DNA of 64,000 bases. Origin: Myxococcota bacterium (GTDB taxonomy: Bacteria > Myxococcota_A > UBA9160 > UBA4427). Location: assembly GCA_965250285.1 (NCBI GenBank), contig OZ252299.1, forward strand, positions 5,184,001 through 5,248,000. Direction: 5' to 3'. This document shows positions 1 through 10,396 of this stretch, piece after piece (the stretch's first letter is position 1; every line of letters begins with the position of its first letter). The notes beneath the pieces are model-generated. The model was given only the letters and a program-made list of their open reading frames with translations, made no database searches and was not told the origin of the DNA. The translations under genes were made by a program, and so were the position numbers.

Positions 1-2502
1 CGCATTGTGATCGGCACGCAGCGCGAGCGCGGCCGAGCAGACGTCGCGCACGCGGTCCATATCGGCGACGAGCTTCTCGTCCGCGGCGTCTGCGGTGAGC
101 GTCGGCCAGTCCTGCAGGTGCACGCTCGCTTCGCCGGTGAGCCCCGTGTGGATCTCTTCGGTGATCATCGGCAGCAAGGGGCTCGCGACGCGACACAGCA
201 CGACGAGCGCCGTATAGAGCGTGTCGTAGGCGTCGCGCTTGTCGGCTTCGTCCTCCGAACCCCAGAAGCGTTCGCGACTGCGGCGGATGTACCAGTTGTT
301 CAGCGCATCGATGAACGCGAGCACATGCTGGCAGGCGGCGCCGAGGTCGTATGCATCGAGGTCGCGCTCGATACCGCGCACGAGCTCTTCGGTCTTCGCG
401 AGGATGTAGCGGTCGAGCAGACGCTCGCTGTCGACGCGCAGGCTCGCCTTCACGCCATCGGTGTTCGCGTACATCGTGAAGAACGAGTACGCGTTCCAGA
501 TCGGGTTGATCACCAGGCGCACGGCGTCGGCGATCTGCTTGGCGTCTTGGTGGATGCGCAGATCACCCCCGCGCACGACGGGCGACGAGATCAGAAACCA
601 GCGCAGCGCATCGGAGCCGATCGACTCGAAGACCTCTTCGGGGTCGGGGTAGTTGCGCAGCCGCTTGGAGAGCTTCTTGCCGTCTTCGGCCAGGACGACG
701 CCGTGGCAGAGGCAGTTCTTGAAAGGTGGTCGGTCGAAGAGTGCCGTCGACAGCACCATCATCACGTAGAACCAGCCGCGGGTCTGCGCCTGATACTCGG
801 TGATGAAGTCGGCCGGAAAGTGATCCTCGAACCACTCCTTGTTCTCGAACGGGTAGTGCACCTGGGCGAAGGGCATCGAGCCCGAGTCGAACCAGACGTC
901 GAGTACCTCGGGCACGCGGCGCATCATGCTCTGGCCCGTCGGATCGTCGGGGTTCGGGCGCACGAGCTCGTCGATCGTCGGTCGGTGCAGGTCGTCGAGC
1001 TTGACGCCGAAGTCGGCCTCGAGCTCTTCGATGCTGCCGTAGACGTCCATGCGCGGGTAGTTCGGATCGTCGCTCTTCCAGACGGGGATCGGCGTGCCCC
1101 AGAAGCGATTGCGTGAGATCGCCCAGTCGCGAGCGCCCTCGAGCCATTTACCGAAGAGCCCGTCGCGCACGTTCTCGGGGATCCAGTTGATCTGCTCGTT
1201 CAGCTCGACCATGCGCTCGCGCACCGAGACGACGTCGACGTACCAGCTGTTGAGCGCCTTGTAGATGAGGGGTGTGTCCGTCCGCCAGCAATGCGGGTAG
1301 TTGTGGACGTAGCTCTCTTCCTTGAAGACCTTCTCGCGCTCGCGCAGGGCGCGGATGATCGGCGTGTTCGCGTCGAAGACCTGCACGCCCTGCCAGTCGG
1401 GCACCTCGGTCGTGAACTTGCCCTCGTCGTCGACCGGGCACACGACGCCGATGCCCGCAGCCTCGCAGGTCGCCATGTCGTCTTCGCCGAAGCCCGGCGC
1501 GAGGTGCACCGTGCCCGTGCCCTCGTCGGTGTTGACGAACTCGGCCGACAAGACGCGGAAGGCGTTCTCGGTGTCGGCGAAGTAGGGAAAGAGCGGCTCG
1601 TAGGTGCGACCGACGAGGTCGCGGCCCATGACGGTGCCGACGGGCTCGAGATCGCCCAGCTCCTTCTCGAACTTGCCGCGGGCTTCGGCGCCGACGATGA
1701 AGCGGCGGCCGTCTTGCTCGAAGATCGCGTATTCGATCTCGTCTCCGACGGCGAGGGCGAGGTTCGAGGGCAGGGTCCAGGGTGTCGTCGTCCACGCGAG
1801 CAGATCGACGGGCGTGTCTTCGCCGTCGACCGGATGCAGCGTGAAGCGCACGGTGATCGCCGGGTCCTGGCGCTCGCGGTACGAGTCGTCGAGTCGGGTC
1901 TCGTGGAGCGAGAGCGGCGTCTGCGCCTTCCACGAGTAGGGCATGACCTTGTAGCCCTCGTAGAGCAGCCCCTTCTCGTGCAGCTGCTTGACGGCCCAGA
2001 TCACGCTCTCCATGTAGGTCAGGTCGAGCGTCTTGTAGTCGTTCTCGAAATCGACCCAGCGTGCGGCGCGGTTGACGTAGCGCTCCCACTCGCGCGTGTA
2101 CTTGAGCACCGACGTGCGGCAGTGATCGTTGAACTTCGCGATGCCGTAGTCGATGATCTGCTGTCGGCCACTGACGCCGAGCTCCTTCTCGGTCTCCATC
2201 TCGGCCGGCAGCCCGTGGCAGTCCCAGCCGAAGCGGCGCTCGACCCGGTGGCCCTTGAGCGTCTGGTACCGCGGGATCACGTCCTTGATGTACGACGTGA
2301 TCAGGTGGCCGTAGTGCGGCAGACCGTTCGCGAACGGCGGACCGTCGTAGAAGACGAACTCGTTGGCGCCGCCCTCACCGGTCGGCCGATCCTCGACGGA
2401 ATGCTGGAAGGTGCGCTCGGCCATCCACCGCTCGATCACCGCCCGCTCGAGCTCGGGAAAGCTCGGCTGGGGGTCGACGTCGGGATAGGCTTTCGTCGTC
2501 AT
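1..2502 (-). CDS. ileS: Isoleucine--tRNA ligase, type 2; 3' end runs off the window
   Basis: Not in the ORF track. ATG at 2502 gives [19 protein letters not shown]...; HIGH-like [48 protein letters not shown] and KMSKS-like [14 protein letters not shown]. Confidence 0.97.
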   Translation of the reverse strand, partial: MTTKAYPDVDPQPSFPELERAVIERWMAERTFQHSVEDRPTGEGGANEFVFYDGPPFANGLPHYGHLITSYIKDVIPRYQTLKGHRVERRFGWDCHGLPAEMETEKELGVSGRQQIIDYGIAKFNDHCRTSVLKYTREWERYVNRAARWVDFENDYKTLDLTYMESVIWAVKQLHEKGLLYEGYKVMPYSWKAQTPLSLHETRLDDSYRERQDPAITVRFTLHPVDGEDTPVDLLAWTTTPWTLPSNLALAVGDEIEYAIFEQDGRRFIVGAEARGKFEKELGDLEPVGTVMGRDLVGRTYEPLFPYFADTENAFRVLSAEFVNTDEGTGTVHLAPGFGEDDMATCEAAGIGVVCPVDDEGKFTTEVPDWQGVQVFDANTPIIRALREREKVFKEESYVHNYPHCWRTDTPLIYKALNSWYVDVVSVRERMVELNEQINWIPENVRDGLFGKWLEGARDWAISRNRFWGTPIPVWKSDDPNYPRMDVYGSIEELEADFGVKLDDLHRPTIDELVRPNPDDPTGQSMMRRVPEVLDVWFDSGSMPFAQVHYPFENKEWFEDHFPADFITEYQAQTRGWFYVMMVLSTALFDRPPFKNCLCHGVVLAEDGKKLSKRLRNYPDPEEVFESIGSDALRWFLISSPVVRGGDLRIHQDAKQIADAVRLVINPIWNAYSFFTMYANTDGVKASLRVDSERLLDRYILAKTEELVRGIERDLDAYDLGAACQHVLAFIDALNNWYIRRSRERFWGSEDEADKRDAYDTLYTALVVLCRVASPLLPMITEEIHTGLTGEASVHLQDWPTLTADAADEKLVADMDRVRDVCSAALALRADHNA

Positions 2503-2695
2503 GACGGCTCCGGAGCGGTGGTTTGCAAAGCCACGCGCGGCGGCTCGGCGGATCGGGCGGGGCGCGTTGGGGGGCGGCATCGGATCGCGACGCCGCCTCG
2601 AAGGCCACGCCGCGGCGCCGGAGAATACACCAGGGTGTCGCGCAACGTCTCGGATCCGCGGGTCTTTTCGGATCGAGTCGAAGCGGGGCCAGGGC

Positions 2696-3214
2696 TCAGA
2701 TCAGCTCGGGGATGTCGTCGGGCGCCGCTTCGATGATCGCCCGCGCGATGCCGTAGCCGAAGCCGCGGCGACCGAGCGCGGCGAGATCGCGCTCGCGGTG
2801 CGCTTCGCGCTGTACCTCGTCGAGGCGAAACGGACCGATCCGGCGTCGGCGCGCGTAGCGCCAGGCGGCCTCCGCCTCGGCGCCGGCGGCCTGGTCCTCT
2901 TCGAGCAGGGCCTCGATCAGCTCCCCCTCGAGGCCTTTCTGCCGGAGCTTCGCGGCGAGCTCGCGCCTGGACGCGCCGCGCCCCCGGCCTCGGCGCACGA
3001 GCGAGGCGCCGTAGCGTCGGTCGTCGAGGTAGCCGAGCTGCTCGAGGCGCTCCAGCAGGGCCTCGAGCGGGGCCTCGAACTCGGCCGGATCCTGCTCATG
3101 GTGCTCGCAGCTGCGCGCGATGCGTCGCCGAAGCACCTGCCGCAGATTCGCCTTCGACGAGCCGTGGCGCTGCAGGTGGGCCACCGCGATGCGCTCGAGC
3201 CTCGCGGGGTTCAT
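2696..3214 (-). CDS. recX: RecX family regulatory protein (start may lie further upstream)
   Basis: [35 protein letters not shown] and [10 protein letters not shown] are typical RecX helical repeats. Confidence 0.88.
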   Translation of the reverse strand: MNPARLERIAVAHLQRHGSSKANLRQVLRRRIARSCEHHEQDPAEFEAPLEALLERLEQLGYLDDRRYGASLVRRGRGRGASRRELAAKLRQKGLEGELIEALLEEDQAAGAEAEAAWRYARRRRIGPFRLDEVQREAHRERDLAALGRRGFGYGIARAIIEAAPDDIPELI

Positions 3215-3534
3215 CTTGCGCGGCGGCTTGGGGCCGCGTCGCCGGGGTTGCTCGCCGGACCCGCTCGGCTGCCCGGTCCGGGTCGATCGCGCGGAGGGTG
3301 TCGGGCTGAGGGCCAAGGTGAGGGTTCGGCTCCGGGTTGCGATGCGAGCGAGCGCGGGGTCGCTCGACGTTCTAGATCGCCGGGCCCCCCGCGTCAATCG
3401 ACCAGGGGCCCGGCGTCGACCGAGCATCGCCCGCGGCCGGCTTGGTCGCGGCCGCCCGCGAACGCTATTGCTTGCTCGCAACCGCGCGTGTCCAGGGTGG
3501 ACACGCGGGCCCGCCCTCGCACGCCCGAGCCCCC

Positions 3535-4410
3535 ATGCCCGAGCTCCCTGAAGTCGAGATCACGCGCCGCCGCATCGAGCCGCTGCTCGCCGGGCGCAAG
3601 ATCGAGCGCGTCCACACGACCGCCGACTCGTACTTCTTCATCACGGGGGCGCGGCGCCTGTCGCGTGAGCTGGCGGGTCGCACCGTCACGCGACTCGAGC
3701 GCGCGGGCAAATATCTGGTCGCGCGGCTCGATGACGAGCGGCGGCTGCTGCTCCATCTCGGGATGACCGGCCAGCTCTTCGGCAGCCACGCCGCGAGCGT
3801 ACGGCTGCTCTCGGCGACGGCCCGCGCGTCGCTCTCGCCCGAAGAGCAGCACCAGTTCGAGCCCGACGCGCACACGCACATGCGGTTCTGCTTTGCCGAT
3901 GGGGGCGAAGAGGTCTTCTTCCGCGACGTGCGCAAGTTCGGCAAGGTGCAGCTCGTCGAGGCCGGCGAGCCGAACGAGCGGCTCGATCGGCTCGGGCCCG
4001 ACGCGCTCGGTGCGACGGGTGAGCTGCTCTTCACCGCTTCGCGCAAGCGCAAGGTCGCCTCGAAGTCGCTGCTGCTCGATCAGGCCGTGCTCGCCGGGGT
4101 CGGCAACATCTACGCCGACGAGGCGCTCTTTCTGGCAGGGGTGCGTCCGGGGCGGCGGGCCGCACGGCTCACGCGGCGCGACTGCGATGCCCTGGCCGAG
4201 GGTCTCGTGCGGGTGCTCAACCGGTCGATCGAGACCGGTGGGTCGAGCATCAGCGACTACGTCGCCCCGGACGGCAGCGACGGGGCGTATCAGGACGAGC
4301 GCCGCGTCTACGCCCGTACGGGCGAGCCCTGCCGCACCTGTGGCACCCCGATCAAGCGCAAGGTCATCGGCCAGCGCAGCTCGCACTACTGTCCGCAGTG
4401 TCAGCGGTGA
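3535..4410 (+). CDS. mutM: Formamidopyrimidine-DNA glycosylase/AP lyase
   Basis: N-terminal MPELPEVE, HLGMTG, DVRKFG, LLDQAVLAGVGNIYADE and C-terminal zinc finger CRTC...CPQC. Confidence 0.97.
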   Translation: MPELPEVEITRRRIEPLLAGRKIERVHTTADSYFFITGARRLSRELAGRTVTRLERAGKYLVARLDDERRLLLHLGMTGQLFGSHAASVRLLSATARASLSPEEQHQFEPDAHTHMRFCFADGGEEVFFRDVRKFGKVQLVEAGEPNERLDRLGPDALGATGELLFTASRKRKVASKSLLLDQAVLAGVGNIYADEALFLAGVRPGRRAARLTRRDCDALAEGLVRVLNRSIETGGSSISDYVAPDGSDGAYQDERRVYARTGEPCRTCGTPIKRKVIGQRSSHYCPQCQR

Positions 4411-4522
4411 GCACCCGCGCGGCGCGCCCCCGATTTCGCTTCATGCGCGATCGAAGTGCCGCCGGCGCGGTGGGCCGCGTATGCTCCGGTCGTGCAGACC
4501 CGACGTCTTCAGGATCTCCGCC

Positions 4523-6049
4523 GTGCTGTCGCTGCGTGAGCTGAGGCGGGCCGCGGCGATCCTCGATCGCGACTTCGCCGATGCCCGCGTCGAACGCTGG
4601 GTGCAGCCCGACCGCACGCGCGTGGCCGTGCAGCTCTACGTCCGACGCGGCGATCAGAAGCGCAAGAGCGTGATCGAGCTGAGCGTCGAGGACGGTCTCG
4701 CCCGCGTGGCCGAGCTCGCGCGCATGCCGAAGGCGCCGCAGAACATGCCGGCCTTTGCGGCCTGGCTGCGCAGTCACCTGTCGCGCGGGCGGCTGATCTC
4801 GGCGGGGCTCTCACCGCACGAACGCGAGCTGCGCCTGGCCTTCGAGTCCGAGGAGGGACGCTCGACGCTGCTGCTCGCGATCTTCGGGCGCCGCAGCAAC
4901 CTCTACGTGCTCGACGGCGACGACCGCGTGCTGCTCTCGCTGCGGCCGCTCTCCGAGACGCGCCCCGAGCTCGAGGCGGGCGAGGTCTATGCATCCCCCG
5001 AGAGCGGCTTGCCGCGCGAGGGCGACGACCGCTTCGAGGGGGTCGCCGACGACGCATTGCTCGCTGCGATCGGCGACGCCTATGCCGAAGAGCAGGCCGA
5101 CCGAGAAGAGGAGAGCCTCGAACGCAGCCTGCGCCAGCTGCTCAAGCGCGAGCGCAAGAGCGCAGAGCGTCGGTTGAATCGCCTCGAGGCCGAGCTCGCC
5201 GAGGCCGATCAGGCGAGCGCGCTGCAGCGGCATGGAGAGCTGCTGAAAGGATCGCTCGGGCGCATCGAGCCGGGCGCTTCGGAGATCGAGCTCGACGACT
5301 ACGAGACCGGCGAGAAGGTGACGGTGCCGCTCGACCCGAAGCGCACGCCGAAAGAGAACCTCGACGCGACGTTCAAGCGCTATCAGAAGCTGTTGCGGCG
5401 TCTCACGAAGGCGGGTGGGCAGGTCGATGACGCGCGCGGCTGGGTCGAGCGGGTCGCCGGCTTCGAGGCTCAGCTCGCGGCGATCGCCGACAGGCCCGAG
5501 GCCGAGCGAGGGGAGGCGCTCGCCGGGCTCGCTGCCGAGCCCGAGCTCGCGAAGCTCCTCGAGCGCAGCGAGCTGCGGGCGCTCCCGCCGTCTGCGCGTG
5601 CCAAGGAAGAGAAGGCAAAGCTGCCGGGTCGCCTCAAGAACCTGCCGACCAAGCTCGTGCCCAAGCGGTATGTCAGCGCCGATGGGCTCGAGATCTGGGT
5701 CGGCAAGAGCGACGAAGCCAACGACCATCTGTCGACCCGACTCGCCCGCGGCAACGATCTCTTCTTTCACCTCGACGGTGCGCCGGGCAGCCACGTGATC
5801 CTGTGCGTCGAGCGCGGCGCCGAGGCGCCCCAGAACTCGTTGCTCGACGCGTGCGAGCTCGCGGCCCACTTCTCGAAGCAGCGCAACGCCGCGCACGCCG
5901 ACGTGCACGTCGTGCCGATCAAGAACGTGAAGAAGCCGAAGGGGGCCAAGCCCGGGCTGGTCTACGTGACCGGCGGGCGCTCGATCCATCTGCGACGCGA
6001 GGCCGAGCGGCTCGAGCGCCTGCTCGCCTCGCGCATCGACGCGAGCTAG
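4523..6049 (+). CDS. NFACT/RqcH (FbpA-like) ribosome quality-control family protein
   Basis: NFACT-N (AIFGRRSNLYVLD), coiled coil, IPLD-like VPLDPKRTPKENLDATFKRYQK, and NFACT-R (IWVGKSDEANDHL, FFHLDGAPGSHVI, VKKPKGAKPGLV). GTG start assumed. Confidence 0.88.
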   Translation: MLSLRELRRAAAILDRDFADARVERWVQPDRTRVAVQLYVRRGDQKRKSVIELSVEDGLARVAELARMPKAPQNMPAFAAWLRSHLSRGRLISAGLSPHERELRLAFESEEGRSTLLLAIFGRRSNLYVLDGDDRVLLSLRPLSETRPELEAGEVYASPESGLPREGDDRFEGVADDALLAAIGDAYAEEQADREEESLERSLRQLLKRERKSAERRLNRLEAELAEADQASALQRHGELLKGSLGRIEPGASEIELDDYETGEKVTVPLDPKRTPKENLDATFKRYQKLLRRLTKAGGQVDDARGWVERVAGFEAQLAAIADRPEAERGEALAGLAAEPELAKLLERSELRALPPSARAKEEKAKLPGRLKNLPTKLVPKRYVSADGLEIWVGKSDEANDHLSTRLARGNDLFFHLDGAPGSHVILCVERGAEAPQNSLLDACELAAHFSKQRNAAHADVHVVPIKNVKKPKGAKPGLVYVTGGRSIHLRREAERLERLLASRIDAS

Positions 6050-8727
6050 CGCTCGGCGTCGTCGGGTGCCGCGAGCCCGCCGAAGCGCGCAATCATCGAA
6101 GGCAGCACGACCAGGTTGCAGATCACGGTCAGCACCATGCCGATCACGAGGGTGTAGCCGAGGCTCGCGAGCCCGCGGTGCGATGACAGACCCAGGGTGC
6201 CGAAGCTGACCGTCGTCGTGAGCGCGCTGTAGAAGACCGCGCGGGCGGTCGTGCTGTCGAGCAGGTCGGCGGTGGGGTCTTCGCTCGCGCGATGCACGAG
6301 GTGCACGCCGCTGTCGACGCCGATGCCGAAGAGCAGCGGGATCACGATCACGTTGGCGAAGTTGAACGGGATGCCGAGCACCACCATCGTCGCGACGGTG
6401 AGCAACGACGACAGCACGAGCGGCGCCATGACGTAGAGCGGCGGCACGACGCGCCGCCACAGCACGAGCAGCAGGGCGAGGATGATCACGAAGGCGGCCA
6501 CGAGCGCCTCGCGGAACGAATCGCGAATCGCCTCGGCAAAGCCGACGAGGTTGATTGCGATGCCCGCCGCGTTCGGATCGACGCCCATCACCGCATGGGT
6601 GAAGCGCGCGAACGATGCGTCGTCGTTCAGGTCTTCGACCGGGAAGGTCTGCACGCGGGCCTGACCGTCTTCGGTCTGCATGCGCGCGACGAGGTCGTCG
6701 GGCAGGTCGTCGAAGCCGACCTCGCCCGCGTTCGCCGCGCGGCGCAGGCGCGCGAGCTGCTCGGGCAGACCCGAGAGCAGCACGTCGGCCAGGGCGTCGA
6801 GCGCGCGCGCCTTCTCTTCGGGCGGCGTGCCGGGCTCGTCGACCCGAGCGAGGAATCGGTCGAGGTGGTCGCGCAGCGCGACGACCGAAGCCGACAGCTC
6901 GATCTCGTCCTCGACCAGCCAGTTCTCGTCGAGGAACACGCGCAACCGGCGGAGCGCTTCGATCTGGCGTTCGGTGCCGTCGACGCCGGGTCGCTTCGGC
7001 GCGACGGGCGGAGCCTCGAGCATGTACGAGAGGTCTTCGAGGATCTCGAGCTTCTCGTCCTGATCGTTCGGGACGAAGTCGCTCAGCGTGATCGTCTGCT
7101 CGACGACGTCGAGCTCGTCGAGGCGGGCCGCGAGGGCATCGGCTGCGGCGAGGTCACCGGCCACCGAGTTGACGAACCACGGCGATGCGACGCCGGTCTG
7201 GGCGAGCAGGTCGTCGAACGCCTGCACCGACTCGGTGGTCGGGTCGCGCATCTTGATCACGTTGGTGTCGAAGCGAGCGCGCGGCAGCAGCGTGAGCGCC
7301 GCGATGCCCGCCAGCGCTGCGATCGCGAGGACCGTGCCGCTCGCCTTTCGGTCGAAGCGCCACCACTCGCTGCTGAAGTGCAGCGGGCGACCGAGTTCAC
7401 GCTCGGGGTCGACGCGGAACACGACGGTCAGCAGAGCGGGGAACAGGGTCAGGGTGAGGGCGAAGATCACGAACATGCCCGTGCCCGCGATCAGGCCGAG
7501 CTCGGCGACACCGGTGAAGTCGGTCGGGACGAAGACGTAGAAGCCGATGGCCGTCGTCACCGTGCAGACGCCGAGCGATGGCCCGACCTTCGCCGCTGCA
7601 TCGATCATGGCCGATTCGCGGGGTTCGCCGCGGCGCAGCAGGTCGGCGTAGGCCATGCCGAGGTGGATCGCGAAGTCGACCCCGAGACCGATGAAGAGCA
7701 CGCCGAAGGCCAGTGACACCAGGCTCAGGTCGCCCACGGCGAGCGTGGCGAACGCACCGGTCCAGACGAGGCCAGCGAGGAGCGTCACGATGGCGGCGGC
7801 GACGAGGCGAATGCTGCGGAAGGCCCGCGCGAGGACCGCCGCGACGATGAAGAAGCACACCGCCCCGCCGAGACCGATGTCCCAGGCGAAGCCGATGAGC
7901 TCCTCGTGGTTGAGCACCGGGTTGCCGGTCACGCGCACCGTCACGCCCCGCTCGGGCGAGAGCTGCAGCCCCCGCACGATGGCTCGGATCTCTGCGAGCA
8001 CGGGCCCAGATGGCAGCAGCAGGTCGAAGTCGAGCACCGGGTGCACGACCAGGACGCGTCGCCCGCTCGTGTCGATCGCCGAGTCGGCGAGCATCATCTC
8101 TTCCCACGAAACCGCCAGCGGGAACTCGTTGTACACCTCGACCGTCGCGCGACCGAGCGAGTCGAGGATGCGCGACCACTCGGCGGGGTCGATGTCGCCC
8201 TGGCCCTCGTGCATGGCGTCGAGCCCGTCCGAGATCGAGCGGGTGAGGGTCTCGATGCCCGGATCCCGCTCGAGCTCGGCGAGCAGGGGCTGCATGCGCG
8301 CCATCTGATCGGCGAACAGGTCGAGCTCGTCCACGTCGCGGTAGAGCAGACCGTGCACCTCGAAGAAGTCGCTCGAGCCCGTCTCGTAGGCGTCCTCGAA
8401 GTACTCGGGGCGCTCGAGCATCTGCGCCTCGAGCGCGCGGGCTGAGTCGCGTGCGAGCTCGGGGGTCTCGGCGTCGACCACGACGAGAAAGGCGTACTCG
8501 AGGTCGGGAAAGCGCTCGGCGAAGGCCTCGTAGTTTCTGCGCGAGGCGAGATCGGTCGACACGTTGCTGACGACGTCGCTGTTGACGCCCAGGTTCGCGG
8601 CGATGTACCAGCCGAAGCCCAGCGTCAGCACGGCACACGTCGCAATGACCGCCCACGCAGAGCTCTGCGCGGTGCGCACGCCGATCGAGACGAGTCGTGC
8701 GAGCCAGCGTTCGACGTAGTCGTTCAA
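6046..8727 (-). CDS. MMPL/RND transporter, HpnN-like
   Basis: Two RND halves with LFIGLGVDFAIH and LLFGIGVDSGVH, VPTDFTGVAELGLIAG and SSHRGLASLG. TTG start at 8727 inferred. Confidence 0.85.
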   Translation of the reverse strand: MNDYVERWLARLVSIGVRTAQSSAWAVIATCAVLTLGFGWYIAANLGVNSDVVSNVSTDLASRRNYEAFAERFPDLEYAFLVVVDAETPELARDSARALEAQMLERPEYFEDAYETGSSDFFEVHGLLYRDVDELDLFADQMARMQPLLAELERDPGIETLTRSISDGLDAMHEGQGDIDPAEWSRILDSLGRATVEVYNEFPLAVSWEEMMLADSAIDTSGRRVLVVHPVLDFDLLLPSGPVLAEIRAIVRGLQLSPERGVTVRVTGNPVLNHEELIGFAWDIGLGGAVCFFIVAAVLARAFRSIRLVAAAIVTLLAGLVWTGAFATLAVGDLSLVSLAFGVLFIGLGVDFAIHLGMAYADLLRRGEPRESAMIDAAAKVGPSLGVCTVTTAIGFYVFVPTDFTGVAELGLIAGTGMFVIFALTLTLFPALLTVVFRVDPERELGRPLHFSSEWWRFDRKASGTVLAIAALAGIAALTLLPRARFDTNVIKMRDPTTESVQAFDDLLAQTGVASPWFVNSVAGDLAAADALAARLDELDVVEQTITLSDFVPNDQDEKLEILEDLSYMLEAPPVAPKRPGVDGTERQIEALRRLRVFLDENWLVEDEIELSASVVALRDHLDRFLARVDEPGTPPEEKARALDALADVLLSGLPEQLARLRRAANAGEVGFDDLPDDLVARMQTEDGQARVQTFPVEDLNDDASFARFTHAVMGVDPNAAGIAINLVGFAEAIRDSFREALVAAFVIILALLLVLWRRVVPPLYVMAPLVLSSLLTVATMVVLGIPFNFANVIVIPLLFGIGVDSGVHLVHRASEDPTADLLDSTTARAVFYSALTTTVSFGTLGLSSHRGLASLGYTLVIGMVLTVICNLVVLPSMIARFGGLAAPDDAER

Positions 8728-8914
8728 GCGCGATCCCCATGCGGCGCGGACAGGCCGCGCGTTCGCGGGCGGCCGGGTGCGCTCCGGGCGGGAGCTTAGG
8801 CGATGGAGCGTTGGCCGTGTGGGCGGGGCGCAGCCAGTGTGCGACGTCCGAGGGTCGGGCGTCGCATGGCGCCCGGGGTTCCGATCGTGGGCCGGATGGT
8901 GCGCTGTCGCGGGC

Positions 8915-10396
8915 TCAGGGGGCGCTCGTGTCGGTGCCGTCTCCCGCCTTCTTCTCGGCCGGCGGAGCGTCGCTCTGGGCGCTCGGGTTCTCGTCGACGC
9001 CCTCGCCCTCGAGATAGCCGAGCGCGCGGAGGTGTTCGACCATCGCTTCTTCGGAGCCGCTGGCTCGGGCCTCGAGACGCTCGACCTCGAGGTCATCGTG
9101 GCTGGCGATGGCGTTCGGGGCGTCGATGTGGACGAAGGCCATCGGTTCGCCCTTCATGTCGGCGCCGGGCGGGATCCCCATCCACGCGAGAATGGTGGGC
9201 GCCACGCCGAACACCGACACCTTGCCGGGCGACGAGCCCGGCACGATGCCCGGCCCCTTCGCGTAGATCACGCCCTGGATCGCATCGGCCGTATCGTGGC
9301 CGCCGGTCAGCAGCATCATCGAGACCTTGGCCTCGAAGCCGTGATCAGAAACGATCATGATCAGATCGTCGCCGTCGGCGGCGCGCATCAGCCGACCGAG
9401 CAGCTGGTCGGTGTACGCGTAGTAGTTGAAGAGTGCGGCGGCTCCGGCGCGGCGCTCGGCGTCGGTCGGCCGCAGCTCGGCCGGGTACTTCTCGGGCGGC
9501 TCGATCATGCCCCAGAGCCAGTGGCTCACGCGATCGATGCCCGGCAGGAAGACCATGGTCAGATCGGGTGAGTATGTCTCTTCGACCGCGAGCGCGACCC
9601 GCGTGATCTGCATGTCGGTGTGATAGAAGTCGGAGAGCAGCGGCTGGTCGACCCAGTTCGGCAACGCCTCGGCGTTCGCGAACGGGTTGCGGGCCGGCAC
9701 CAGCCGATCATCGGCCGTGCGCGCGAACTCGGCGTCGTCGGCCCACTCTTCGGGATACACCTGCGAGCCGCGTACTTCGTCACCGTCAGTGAAGGTGCGG
9801 CGGATCATCGCGCTCTGCTTCGGGAAGAAGTGGTCCGAGACCATCACACCATCGATGATCTCGGGCGGGTAGGTCGTCCACCAGTTCACGACGCCGACGC
9901 TGCGACCGGCCGCCGAGGCGATGTTCCAGATCGCGGGCACGAGTCGGTGAGAGCTCAGGTACAGGTTCTTCTGCCCTTCTTCGTCCTTGTGCGCGAAAGC
10001 CGTGATGCCGTGTTCGTTGGGCACCTTGCCGGTCGCGATCGTGTTCCAGATGCGAGGCGAGAAGATCGGGAAGTCGGAGCGCAGCGGGCCGAAGGCCCCT
10101 TCACGAGCGACACGGGCCAGGTTCGGCAGGCGCCCCTTGCGCATGAGCGGGATCGTCACCTTCGGCGACGCACCGTCGATGCCGAAGAGGAATACGCGGC
10201 GCCGCCCGTCGCCCGGGCGCAGGCCGGGCACCGCGCCGGTTCCACCCGCTGCGCGCGGGCCGGTCGCTTCACCGGCGTCCTCGTCTCTCGAACCCGTCTC
10301 GCTGCACGCGAGCCCGAATGCCGTGATCGCGCTGGCGCTCAAGGCAATCACCCAGCGGCTCATCGCGGCGACCGCGGCCCGTCGGCGTTCAGTCAT
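8915..10396 (-). CDS. Alkaline phosphatase superfamily (phosphodiesterase/NPP-like) lipoprotein
   Basis: Lipobox-like FGLAC; GIDGA, SPRIWNTIATG, GIDRVSH, SDHGF and C-terminal HLRALGY. Confidence 0.85.
   Translation of the reverse strand: MTERRRAAVAAMSRWVIALSASAITAFGLACSETGSRDEDAGEATGPRAAGGTGAVPGLRPGDGRRRVFLFGIDGASPKVTIPLMRKGRLPNLARVAREGAFGPLRSDFPIFSPRIWNTIATGKVPNEHGITAFAHKDEEGQKNLYLSSHRLVPAIWNIASAAGRSVGVVNWWTTYPPEIIDGVMVSDHFFPKQSAMIRRTFTDGDEVRGSQVYPEEWADDAEFARTADDRLVPARNPFANAEALPNWVDQPLLSDFYHTDMQITRVALAVEETYSPDLTMVFLPGIDRVSHWLWGMIEPPEKYPAELRPTDAERRAGAAALFNYYAYTDQLLGRLMRAADGDDLIMIVSDHGFEAKVSMMLLTGGHDTADAIQGVIYAKGPGIVPGSSPGKVSVFGVAPTILAWMGIPPGADMKGEPMAFVHIDAPNAIASHDDLEVERLEARASGSEEAMVEHLRALGYLEGEGVDENPSAQSDAPPAEKKAGDGTDTSAP

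Noticed and set aside
7..2736. Plus-strand ORFs of 369 and 481 aa
   Set aside because: Antisense shadows of ileS, which the track missed because it runs off the window.
6046..6049. Convergent genes sharing a CTAG stop overlap (also 62506-62509)
   Set aside because: A common compact arrangement with no sign of special function.
6046..8727. Hopanoid biosynthesis cluster
   Set aside because: Only the HpnN-like transporter is present. No shc or hpnC/D/E/H-type genes occur in the window.
8840..8866. Hairpin between the AlkP gene and the MMPL; also the palindrome CTCGAAGCTTCGAG at 38359-38372
   Set aside because: Isolated short stems without U tracts are common in GC-rich DNA, so I assign no function.
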